Below are positions 40,101 to 51,708 of a DNA stretch of 64,000 nucleotides, one piece after another. Under the pieces are notes generated by a model. It had not been told where the DNA came from. It saw nothing but the letters and a program-made list of their open reading frames with translations, and did not search any database. Position numbers and translations under genes: made by a program. This DNA is from Antedon mediterranea. Taxonomy: Eukaryota; Animalia; Echinodermata. Position 1 is the stretch's first letter, and each line of letters starts with the position of its first letter. The DNA lies in NCBI RefSeq assembly GCF_964355755.1, contig NC_092672.1, positions 37,888,437 through 37,952,436 of the forward strand, in the 5' to 3' direction.

Positions 40101-43100
40101 GTGTTAGTTTCACAATGCCATTTTATTCTAAATAAACGAGAACTGAACACTAAGCTTACCAGGACCAGTTGGTGGCCCTCTGTACTGTACAGTTTCCACA
40201 CTTGCATTACTTGATACAGATAGTTGACTAGAGAGGCTTATACCACTTGCGGAGTGCGGTATCCTATCTTGAGATGGCCCAGAGTCATTCATATCTAATA
40301 CAAAATTGTGATCTTCGTCTGAACAATCTGTCTGGATGCGTTTCTGATGGTGAAGCTGGATAGCCTCACCAGAGGGGCCTAAAATATTTATAAACGCAGA
40401 AAAAAAATTATTTTGTTTGTGTAGATATTAGCTCCTTACTTTGCTTTGTTGTGTTTATTTATTTGGATTATTAATACAATAATTATAATAATAATAATAA
40501 TAATACTGTATAAACAAAATTTAAAATGCTGGAAATAAGAAGATTAAGCAAAGTACATAGATTTTTTTTTTTGCATATGGCACAGGGTGTTGGACGTTGG
40601 ACTACTGATCGTGAGACCGAGGTTTGAATCCAAGTCTCGCCGCATTGCTTGTATCCTTAGGCAAGATACTTTACTTACGTTTGCCTTTCTCCACCCAGGT
40701 GTATAAATGGGTACCCGGTTAGATCAAGACACAACTTTGCGCTGATTACTAGCTGCATTATGGGAGTATGTTTCCATACGTGTTTGATCCAACAAATGAC
40801 TGGGGTAATATTGTTCAGCGCTTATATAAGAATGAACTATTATTATTATTAATGAGCCACCTAATAATATAAAATAGATGACATAAAAATGTAAAATAAC
40901 ATTGTGTAACATACCTTGTGGAAATGTATGTACCCATCTTCTCCTATTAGACGTCAGTCTGATAGTTGCACACGAAGGGGCAAACGGGTTGATCAAGGTT
41001 CGTTTAATGCGGTTGTTCGTTGGGCTAACATTCGGGTGGGTGTGTATAGCACTAGCGCTACCAACGATCACACGTTGAGGGAGTCCTTCATGATATTCAT
41101 TCTCCTCTTCTTCACTATGTGCCATCTTTTGGGTGAACTTAAAAAGATCTGTAAATGATGATGAGTTTGTGTTGATAGATTCAATTGTTAACCATGTTGT
41201 ATTATTTATATATACAATATACAAATAATGAATGTCTATGAGTGCGATGGTACAAATAATGAATGTCTATGAGTGCGATGGTAAAAATAATGAATGTTTA
41301 TGAGTGCGATGGTACAAATATTGAATGTTTATGAGCGTTCTTATATTTATGAAATAGAGCTACATAAATGCAGCATTATATGCAATGTGCAACTGTAATG
41401 TATATAATTCTTTATTCACCAAAGGCAAAACGGTATAAACAAATAGCTTTCGCTAGTCAATAGTTTACACCTGATTAACAAATATAACAGATGTCAACAG
41501 ATACTGAAAAGATAGATAGCCAAAACAGCACACAAACATACTTACCATCATCATTTCGATGGATTTGAAGATTTTTCCTCTGTCCAGGGATTGGAATAGC
41601 ACCCGACGAAGACTGGTCAACATTTGAAGTTACGACATCAGGCATTGATACCTGTTTTTGTAAATCATTGCTGCGTTGAAGTCTCAGCTTCAATAAAAAC
41701 ACAACCATTCATTAATAATGAGAAACAATCAAACAATAAACTTACAAAATTATTAAATTTTAAGCATTGTTTATAAACATACCTTCAATTTATCTTTGAA
41801 TGAGGTGTCTCGCAAACCAAATTGACTACGTACACTTTTTATGCTATGTGAGTAATAAATTAATAAATGTTAATGTTTTATACCTAATAAAACCAGAGAA
41901 ACAACCATACAAAAAAATGTTAATGGTGATAAACCAATATGCATTAATCAACATTTAAATAAAACAGACTGTAATTGTGATTCTCGGTACTGTACCTATT
42001 TGAACAGTATCATAGGCTATTATGTAATACAGTATCACATATGCATCACATGTATCATATGCAGTAAAACTAACATAATACAGGCATAACATGTGATACA
42101 TGTGTGACACTTTATCACAGAATTGTCCCATAATACTGGATAGATAGTGTCATATGTGGAGATACAGTACAGAAGAATAGGTTAATTAATCAGTTAAGAA
42201 TGAGTTAACATGCCAACTATTTCCACATTGTACTTTATATAATACTTACTCTGATTTTGAAGTGCGCCTACTTGGCATCTTGAACACGTTCTCATCATGT
42301 TCATCATAGTAATGGTCAGCCATGTATGTGCTACCTAACGTTAACTGTGATTTGCCCGTAGACGGCTGAAGCGCTGGTAACTCATCTACACTGCATGGCT
42401 ATAATAAATTATTAACAGGTGATAATAAGAGGATACCATATTCAAAACTCTTAGGCAGGTTCAAGGGGCGGGGAGGGGGTTCAGACTTTTAACATCACAG
42501 TGGTAGCATCCATATTTTCCAAGTCTTAATGGCCTAAATAACCCAGTTGCTGTACCAAGCGAATAAAAATATAGCTTTAAGCATTAACATACCAGTCTTT
42601 CTGCTAATTTGATTCTTGGTGTGAACTTTGATATGTTTGTAAAGTTATTGCTTGCTGGTTGGTTCTTAGATCGATAGAAGCTGTGGTTCATCCAGTGAGG
42701 TATGTTGTAATCATCTATTATAAGGTTATCTCCACATTTATTATGAAACTACAATTATAAAAGAATTATTTAATACTTTTATTTCAGATTCTTTCAGATA
42801 ATGAGAAATGTATTCCAATTTCTGTAATCGATAATAATTCTACAATTTCTAGATTGTGATTCAATGTATTCTTTCAACTAATTGCTAATGTACACAAGAG
42901 TACAGATTGTTTACTTACTCTGAACAAAGGTGTTACATGGAGAGGCTGTTCTGCCATACAAATAAGGTCTGTATTAATACCTATATGAAATAAAATATGA
43001 ATAATATAATAATATGTATGGCTGGCTTCTGATATTCTGGTAACAGGAAGCTTTTGACGACCTAGGTCATGTTAATTATTGAGAAGCTTTCAGCTTTTTG

Positions 43101-46100
43101 ACCTAGGAAGCCTAGGTCATGTTAATTCATGAGCATGCTGGGAAGTTGGGACATGCTTCCTCATTCATTCAAACACAGTTTTGTGGTTTCTAGGTCCAGG
43201 TGACAGATGGCTGTCTCTAAAGTTCTCTCTACGCTATCAAACTAGTTTGACAAAAAGTGTTATGTGCCTAAATATAATAGTGATATATACCCAAATATGG
43301 TAGTGATATGACATCATCATGTCCATATATGGGCACATCACATTTTTTGATAGTGTAGACAGAACTTTACTTGTTGAAAATCAAAAGATCCTAACAAAGT
43401 GACGACAAGAATGGATTACCATAATCTATCATACGCTGCTTGGTGAGATTACAAAGCTCTCTATCAACTTCAAACACACCAGCTCCAGATGTTATCATGA
43501 TCACTAGTTGACCAGTTCGATCAAAGTTACGGTCTATATAATGCTTGTCAAATACTGTAACGACAAACAAACAAAAGACCATTGCATGATTAAAGGGTCT
43601 TTCACATCTGTTCCGGCACGGTTCCGGTCCGGCGAATCGAACATCAATGTTTCGTTTTCACACGGCTATGCGCCAATCGATATGCGCGTAGCCGCGTGAA
43701 AACGAAACATTGACGTTCGATTGGATTTTCCGGCGTCGGACTGGAACCGTGCCGGAACAGGTGTGAAAGACCGTTAATATATGGCTATTAGATTTTTTGA
43801 AAAGTTGTATATAAAAATTGAATGTTGTCATATTTATATTGTGCTTTAAAACATTGATTAAAGATTGTTATAAATGAATATGATTTAATTAAAAATAAAC
43901 TTACAGTTGAGCGAAATGTTAAGAACTTCTAGGAAATTGCCTTCAGCTGCAGATGAAATGTAACTTGACGGAATGACAACACCTGCAATGAGAGAACATA
44001 ATAACAGCAATACTTTATTGACGCTTGATTCACACTGAGCTTTTCATAAAGGCCAAGCAACAGTTGTGCATTCAGGATTTTGAAATGGGGGGGGGGGGGG
44101 GGGATGGGTGGGGTTTTGTGGGGAGTTGGAGGACCTAAAAATGGTCATTGAAGTGCTGAATCTTAATCTGATCCTATATTTTGCAATATAATTAATAATA
44201 ATATGAAAAACAGAAAATAGAATATTAAAATAGATAGAGTAATACAATACAGATAATTTAGTTAATAACCTCATCTGATCTGAAGCATATATAATAACAT
44301 AAGTAAAACTATTAATTGAAATGTAAGCTATAAAAAGAAATTCTAGCTAAAAACCTGAATAAATATGAAATAAATATACAAAATACCTTCTGAATTTGGT
44401 ACTATTAAATTCAAGTACTGGATAAAGTGTTGTTTGAGTGTAATCAGCATTGGTAGCCAATCATCTCGACGCTCATGTAGTACAATTACTCTAAAATGTA
44501 ACAATTTTAAATTAGCTTAATATTCATTTCATTCATTCAATCTTTTATTTTGGAATGTCTGGTAAAATTACATATAAATTAATCAAAAATAAACAAGACT
44601 GTACTAATTACTACTACTCATCTCGGGATGGCATTCCACCTGGAGAGCATCTTTGACTTATATAAGATGTTGCCTATAATTGTTGAGACTAAACAAACTA
44701 AACAAATTAGTCAACTGCTACTTTAGCAAAAACTTACTTATAAAAATCTTCATATAGTCTGCCTTTATAATCTGTATGTAAGCAAGATCTCATAGATCCA
44801 GGAAAATCATCTAAGACAACAACAAAATTAAATTGTCTAATTTAATCAAAACAAAAATCTTTTTTAATTTTAAATTTAATTACTGTAATGTTATAGGGAG
44901 CCACCAAACTTCAATAAGTTTTTCAATATTCAACCAATCAGATCACAGATATTTGGTCAAACTTGAGTTGTTGCATTGCAGACAATCAATTCAAAATTAT
45001 AAAAAATGATCAAGACATGGAGTTTGACATAGTTTGGATTCACTAAATATTATTAACATCACTTAATTGTTTATTTTAGGAAAAGCATAGTTTATGGAAT
45101 GTACAATGACCAGAATAAAGCCTACCACAAAGCCAGACAGGAGGTTAAAGGTATGTTTATGGAGCTAGGCCTATATCACATTGATTTGTACTGGGGGCCT
45201 AGCTACATTGATGAAGGGGACTTGGAGGCCATGCACCTACCTGAATGTATGACAGTGTATAGTGATATATTAAATGGTACTGTAATCCTGTCTAATTATA
45301 CCCCCACCTCTTAAAATATTTAATAAAATAGATAACAAGCATTTACCCAGTGATTGAGCATTGTAAATCCGTCTGGAAAAAAACACAATTGTAAGTTCGT
45401 TGTTGACGTTTTGTTGTTTCCATTGTGTAAACAGATCCTTTAAAAATCCATTCACTGCTTTTTCCCAGTATAAGTCACCTGCAATACAAATATCAAGTCA
45501 TTCCCTCTCATCATGATTATTGACAATTTTAATGCATAAAGCTCTGTCTACACAAAAAGTGTAATGTGCCCAAATATGGTAGTGATATGCCCAAATATGT
45601 TTAGTGATATGACATCATAATGTCCATATATGGGCACATCACATGTTTATTGACACATACATTTTGATAGTGTAGACAGAGCTTAATGCCATTTGAATTA
45701 AGACATTGGCATAAATCGATTGGGAATTTTCTAATGAGTTTTCTTTTTACAGATTTTCTGTTCAGTACAAACTGAATACTAGTATATAATTATTATTAAT
45801 GGCTAATGGTTTTAAATTTGTATTGTGCAAAATACAAATAGTCTCACAAGTGTATAAAGAAAGTGTTATTGTTAAATAAACCAGGAAAAAACCTTACAAG
45901 TATATTCTTCTATTATTTATTTTATTATTCATTCTCATATTCAGTCTAACACACATTACAAAAATTGTAGGTGTTTGCGAAAATACCGATAAAATACAAA
46001 ATTCACCAATTACCATTAGAATCAAATTCCCACATCTCACTGCTCATCTGCACAAACAAATAGCACATTGATTTGGAAGACCTGAATGCAATCTTTGTGT

Positions 46101-48348
46101 TCTCACTGATTGCTCCACACGTGACCTTATCACCTTTGGCCCAGAGTTCATTGACCTGTGCTCGAATTCCACAGATCTCAACTTTCTGACTGATGTAAGC
46201 ACATGTTGACATCTTGAAACAAACAGAAAATATCTTAAGTATACTTCTAACCTCACTCACTGTTTTTTTCTTTGAGATTTATTGTTGGGAGTGGCACACC
46301 TAATCGGCGACAGAAGCTGTTGGCCTCTTTTGCCACTCCTTGTTTTTTGTCTTCTTTGCCGAATTTAAAAAAATAAAAATTAAAAAAAATATAAACTTTC
46401 CTTTACAGAATAAGACTGATGTCCTCATCTCTTTTATTCTCGTCTTCCACTTTGGGTATCTTAGACCCCATTTACACTTACGTTTGGGTCCAGGGCCGGT
46501 TGCAAATATTTACCTTTTAGGCCGGCCCCACAGCGTTTACACTAGCGACGCAGATTACTGGTCGTAAATAATTTTATCGGAAGTACCATTGCATGCTGGG
46601 ATACGAAGTACAGTTTGTTTAAATTTTTCTCTCTCGATCGTCAATTCAACTCTCCGCGCGAACCGACCGTTTTATATTATACTGTATTGTTGTTTTTTGT
46701 CCCATTAAAAACAAAATGAACCCCACTGTTTTATATATAATATGGCTGTATTTTATGTATATGCAAAACAAGCGGAGGAATACTTTATTGAAAGAAGATG
46801 TCTGAAAATAAATTTAACTATATAAATGATGAAGAAAACAAATTGTCGCCCGAAAAGGAGGAAGGCATGTACTGAGAATGTCGGATCGTCATAACAACAA
46901 CCTCATAAAAAGGTCAAACGTTGTTCACGGTTCACTGTGTAAGCCGGCCCAAACGTAAAAGCCGCTCCTGAACCTACCTGGAGAGGTGGCCTAGATCTGC
47001 GTCCGGCCCAGGGCCGGCCTAACTTTTTGGAGTATTTACACTTATCAATTGCCGACCCAGGGCCGACCCAGGGCCGGCCTAAATCGTAAGTGTAAATGGG
47101 GTCTTAGAATACTCGGCTGTTTTCACTAATTCCCTACTATCTCAATCTCTCTGTTACTTACCATACGTTTCTTTAACCTCCACATATCACGTCTACTGAC
47201 ATACTGGTCTTTAAATAAGAGCTCCACAAGGTCAAGTTCAACATCAGCCTCCTTCACTTTGTTAACTATGACCTCTTTGTACTGACGTAGCTTGAAGATA
47301 CTTGCTACACTTTGATCAATTGATACGATTTCTGTTGATACAGTAAAATCATATAGTAATACATTTATACAATTATACAACACCAGACTCTCTGAAAACC
47401 AGAAACTTTACCAAACCATACTTCTTTTAGGTCCCAAATTTTTTTTTACCATTAGAAATACATTCAAAACATCAGACTTTCCAGAAAAACAGACATATTA
47501 GCCCAGCTCAAGGGTGTTTGGTATTGGGAGAGTTTGTTGTATACAATGTTAATGTACAATCCTAGAAAGAAGTTTTATCTGTGATGTGTAAGTTGTCTTG
47601 GAACAAATAAAGAAGTATTTTATTGACTGTGAAAGAGAAAAACTTAAAACAGGTCAGCGATAATTTAGATAATGAATCTGAATGAACTAGTAATTGTTTT
47701 ACCTTTCTGTTGTGATTCTGTTTTTAGAGACTTCACTTGAAGTAACAACCTGTATGCAAAAAAAAAAAAACGTTTGTCAAGTTTTAAAAATAATATTATA
47801 TAGGCCTATTATATTAACAAATCAATATTATTATTAAAATTAAAAAAACCCGACCTATTTGTTTCTTCAGCATGATATATTTCCAGTATATCTCCAATGG
47901 ACACGTCAGGGAAATCATTAGGGTGGATTATCAACTCGTCTTCTGCAAATACAAATATCATAATTTATAATAATTAATATGAAATATAAAATAATAAATT
48001 AATGTGATTTATATTTATTTAATTTTAATATTAATTAGAAAAAAAAGACAATTAAATTACAGTGAGTATAATCACGCGTAGTAGGAGAATAAATAATGTC
48101 ACTTCCTACTTAGTACTAGGCCTAGCCTACTACACCTTTTAAAGTGACAGTCATATTATTATAGAGATCAGGCCTCGGAGAGCAGGCCTAAATTTACTAA
48201 CATTCTAGGCTAGCCTGGGCCTAGGCTTTATATTATAATAGCCTTCTAGCTTACAACAAAGATTACAATTATAGCAATGATTAATAAATGACATGTTGAA
48301 ATTACCGTTTGCACCTCGTTGGTGCACCCATAGTTTGATATTTTTCAT
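31191..48348 (-). CDS. DEPDC5: GATOR1 complex protein DEPDC5 (about 30 exons)
   Basis: Starts [12 protein letters not shown] (48306-48348). Exon peptides match recalled human DEPDC5: [148 protein letters not shown]. Stop at 31191. Internal exon boundaries were not all resolved to the base. Confidence 0.97.
32321..32810. repeat. MITE family A (TIR AAGCTCTGTCTACACTATCAAA) with its left arm amplified x5 (about 84-bp unit)
   Basis: Five left TIRs and a single right TIR (GATAGTGTAGACAGAGC, about 32790-32807). Other family-A copies at about 6010-6122, 6766-6885, 12325-12465, 28224-28350, 35746-36006, 43220-43367 and 45538-45684. Confidence 0.9.
36870..37038. repeat. About 21-bp tandem repeat (GATGATGGGATTAGGAACATGT)n
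   Basis: About 8 visible units in a DEPDC5 intron. Confidence 0.9.
39031..39259. repeat. 27-bp tandem repeat (TGTTGAATAAGCTAGCAACATCAAGTAT-like) x8
   Basis: Near-perfect visible tandem array. Confidence 0.95.
39518..39880 (+). mobile_element. tRNA-derived SINE with a Deu/Nin-like domain, near full length
   Basis: A-box TGGCCGAGCGG, B-box GGTTCGAGGCC, central domain shared with 14636-14870, and an (AAAT)n tail. Confidence 0.8.
40575..40850 (+). mobile_element. tRNA-derived CORE-like SINE
   Basis: B-box GGTTTGAATCC, CORE-like TATCCTTAGGCAAGATACTTTAC...CCACCCAGGTGTATAAATGGGTAC, and a (TAT)n tail. Confidence 0.65.
43591..43776. mobile_element. Near-perfect hairpin MITE (Harbinger-like)
   Basis: GGTCTTTCACATCTGTTCCGGCACGGTTCC...AATGTTTCGTTTTCACACGGCTA pairs with its inverted copy across about 85 bp per arm. 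Confidence 0.8.
46461..47107. mobile_element. Harbinger-like non-autonomous element
   Basis: TIR AGACCCCATTTACACTTACG / CGTAAGTGTAAATGGGGTCT with GGCCGGCC-rich subterminal repeats. Confidence 0.8.
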
Positions 48349-48466
48349 TTCAGCTAGTTTTTGCTTCAAAATAAAGACATTTTCGTTCTTTCAAATCACC
48401 CGATCCTTCGGCGGGGGTATCCTTTGGAGGCCGGAGGAGGTATATTGGTATATTCAGTCAAAGATA

Positions 48467-49318
48467 TCACAAGAATGAGTATTCCGCGATTTTTGCATGA
48501 GAAATTTGTAACAGAGAGCTCCAGTGAGTGATGCCCGCCCTCATAAGGGCGGATGTTCACATACTAAATAAAACTTGATTTAATAGATATTATACATGTC
48601 ACATTAAATAGAATTATGATAATATAGTTTTTGCAATTGTAAACTATTTTATAATACATATTTATTAACAAACTAGTGTACATTCACTTTTACAGGCAAT
48701 TATTTACTAACATGCTAAGTTAGTTCACAAAAAAGGCCTAACACAGCAACACCAAAATCAACGAATCGTTACTCAGCACGGCCTATTCTTTTACCATTGC
48801 CGTGTACTACTCTACGCCCGGTAAATTAAGTATTGTTTTTATGATATAAATTAGTATAAAATACATGTTATTAATAGGACAAAATGTTAAATATCATTAA
48901 CATTTATTTGTTTTACCAGAAACAAGTTAAATATAGGAATATTATTAAACTATCGTTCGTGAAAACGCGTAAACACCAACACGCCCGGTCACGCTATCGT
49001 AGCGCCCGGTTGATAAAGCAAACTGTTTATACGGCAGTTTTTACTAAATAAATTGCATAAAACGAACACTGAAATATCCAAATAGTATTTAACATGATGT
49101 TAGCATGTAGTTTATAACATTTTCTATCATGAAAATACTACCGGTGGTCCAGTCTTTGATTAGTGAAACCGTCACAAAAAGTTGTATATGTTTATGCGCG
49201 ATTTGAACGATTTGCGCATAACATATACATCCCAGATACATCCACACTTATGGCGGCGCCCTACCACATGGACAATATTACTGTTACAGGGAAAATCGCG
49301 GATTACTCATTCTTGTGA
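48467..49318. mobile_element. Non-autonomous TIR element about 120 bp upstream of the DEPDC5 ATG
   Basis: TCACAAGAATGAGTATTCCGCGATTTT / AAAATCGCGGATTACTCATTCTTGTGA inverted repeats flanked by TA on both sides; superfamily not assignable. Confidence 0.8.
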
Positions 49319-50833
49319 TATATAATATTCTTTGATTCAGTTCAGCGTCACATTCTCTACTTCTCTACGGAGCGCCATTTATGCCTTTATTTACTTCAGA
49401 AATAGTACTACGGTAACCAGTGGATCACATTTTGGGATACGTACGGGTTGGGTAGGTTTGGCAAGTATGCGTACCTTTTTATGGCCAGCGGGCGTCCCGG
49501 ATATTGCGCAATATGGCCAGCGGGCGTCCAATTATTGCGCAATATTTTTTCAATGGCAGCTCCACTCCGTGCGTGTGAAATACGTACAATGCGACACTAA
49601 TACACTGTGCTCAAGTGGACCAAATTTGGTACCAGGGAAGCACATTGATATAAAATAGAAATAAGTCATTGAATGTTAATATCTTTTCGTATTTTAATAC
49701 ACTGTACTTAAGTGGACCCAATTTGGCACCAGGCGAGCACAGTGATATAAAATAGAAATAATTCACGGAATTTTAATATCTTTTCGTATGTTAATACACT
49801 ATGCTCAAGTGGACCCAACTTGGAGTCACTGAATTTTAATATCTTTTCGTATTAAGCATATTTGAATACCTACCGGTATGGTACCATACATGTTCGACAA
49901 AACAGTGTCACATATCTCTATTAAAAAAGAAAAACAATATTAAAAAATATTTGTCGAGGTTCGAACCCCAGCTGATAGCACTCAAAACTGATCATTACCC
50001 GTTGCACCAGAAACTGAAACATGACTGAACAGCTGGTAATAGTCTATTTATACGTGTATTACGTAATTGATCATTACGTCATAAATATCCTATTAACATT
50101 GCTAAAACCAAAATGATCAGTTAGCTCAGTCGTCTGTCGTGGGTTCGATTCCCACGCTGGTCGGTGGAATAGAGTTAAGGCTATGCGAGCCACTGTGTTT
50201 AGGGTTCACAGATCATACGTCTCCCTTTCCACTACACATCATGAGGCGACAACATCAATGCATCTGGTGATGTGGTGGAAACGACCCCAAAAGGCTGTGG
50301 CAGGGCCTTAGTGCTGAGGCAGGGACAGCACATTTACCATCTTTTTTTTTTTGGCTCTCGCCAACTGCTTTGATGGTTTAAATTTTATGTTTAGCGCCCT
50401 CAATTTATTTTAATGTAAAAAAAGGGAATTAATTCTCTTCGTTACGTGTTTAGAAGAGAATTAATTTTATCTCATCATAGTTTGGTATGCCGTGCGTTTT
50501 TTATGCAAATGAGTGTGCACATGTGCTGTAAGTCATTCGCGATCAACACACAACACTGTTCAATTTTTACTCGGGGTACCCGAGTCTAGGACTTACTCAT
50601 TTTCTCCTCTTCCTCCATCTGGACACTATTGAGTAAAAAGTGCGATTTTTAAAGTACTACTCCTCCCTTATTCGTTGTAGTATTGAGCTGGGATTTGGCA
50701 TGAACATACTACAGGGACATGTCCTCAAAGCTATAGAGCCGGGTTTTTAATTTTTTGTTAATTAATTTGTTTAATTAAGAAGCCACAATGTGTGACACAC
50801 ACCACAGCGTTATGTAGTTATATGGTTATATGC

Positions 50834-50905
50834 GGATTCTTGGCGTAGTGGTTATCACGTTTGCTTAACACGCAGAAGGTACCTGGTTCGAGCCCGGACG
50901 AAACC
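50834..50905 (+). pseudogene. tRNA-Val(AAC)-like copy A1, degenerate
   Basis: TGGCGTAGTGGTTATCACG, anticodon arm TTTGC-TTAACAC-GCAGA, GGTTCGAGCCC, followed by a T-run; two acceptor-stem mismatches. Confidence 0.8.
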
Positions 50906-51121
50906 TTTTTTTAAACTTTATGGTGAAAAGTACTGTATACGCAATAATATGATAATTATACACAGTATATCTTATTTTTATTATTTTTTTAAATACTTAT
51001 TTTGTGTAATCGGTAATTATCACTTTTACACATGTTTATTTTTCTTTGTGCTTATTACCATATTTATTTGTAATTTAAATGGATTAAAAAACTTTCTGTA
51101 ACCCACATTTTTAGTGTAAGT

Positions 51122-51193
51122 GGTTTTCGTAGTGTAGTGGTTGTCAAGTCTGCTTAACACGCAGAAGGTCCCGGTTCGAGCCCTGGCGAAACC
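51122..51193 (+). pseudogene. tRNA-Val(AAC)-like copy B1, degenerate
   Basis: GGTTTTCGTAGTGTAGTGG, TCTGC-TTAACAC-GCAGA, GGTTCGAGCCC, CGAAACC, T-run; D-stem and T-stem lesions. Confidence 0.8.
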
Positions 51194-51354
51194 TATTTTT
51201 CTTTAACTTTATTGTGAAATAACTGTATACGTCTGTATACAGCTTCTTTCGCTGTACTCCGAGTATTGCACATTCGTGCTTTTTGGTTAATTAATTTGTT
51301 TAATTAAGAAGCCACAATGTGTGACACACACCACAGAGTTATGTAGTTATATGC

Positions 51355-51425
51355 GGCTTCTTGGCGTAGTGGTTATCACGTTTGCTCAACACGCAGAAGG
51401 TACCTGGTTCGAGCCCGGGCGAACC
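51355..51425 (+). pseudogene. tRNA-Val(AAC)-like copy A2, degenerate
   Basis: Tandem duplicate of A1 about 520 bp downstream; loop TCAACAC. Confidence 0.75.
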
Positions 51426-51637
51426 TTTTTTTTTAACTTTATGGTGAAAAGTACTGTATACGCAATATGATAATTATACAGAGTATATCTTATTTTTATT
51501 ATTTTTTAAAATACTTATTTTGTGTAATCGGTAATTATCACTTTTACACATGTTTATTTTGCTTTGTGCTTATTACCATTTATTTGTAATTTAAATGGAT
51601 TAAAAAACTTTCTGTAACCCACATTTTTAATGTAAGA

Positions 51638-51708
51638 GGTTTCGTAGTGTAGTGGTTGTCAAGTCTGCTTAACACGCAGAAGGTCCCGGTTCGAGCCCTG
51701 GCGAAACC
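51638..51708 (+). pseudogene. tRNA-Val(AAC)-like copy B2, best preserved
   Basis: Perfect acceptor stem GGTTTCG/CGAAACC and anticodon stem TCTGC/GCAGA; T-stem has a 1-nt deletion and a mismatch; D-stem mismatch. Confidence 0.8.

Noticed and set aside
45080-45314. Plus-strand exon-like segment (AG...GTATGT; [17 protein letters not shown]) inside a DEPDC5 intron as a nested gene
   Set aside because: No recognisable homology and no partner exons found; could be chance or a TE fragment.
50834-51708. Four functional tRNA-Val genes
   Set aside because: Each copy has stem mismatches or indels and lies in a mobile element, so they are called pseudogene-like pending tRNAscan-SE scores.
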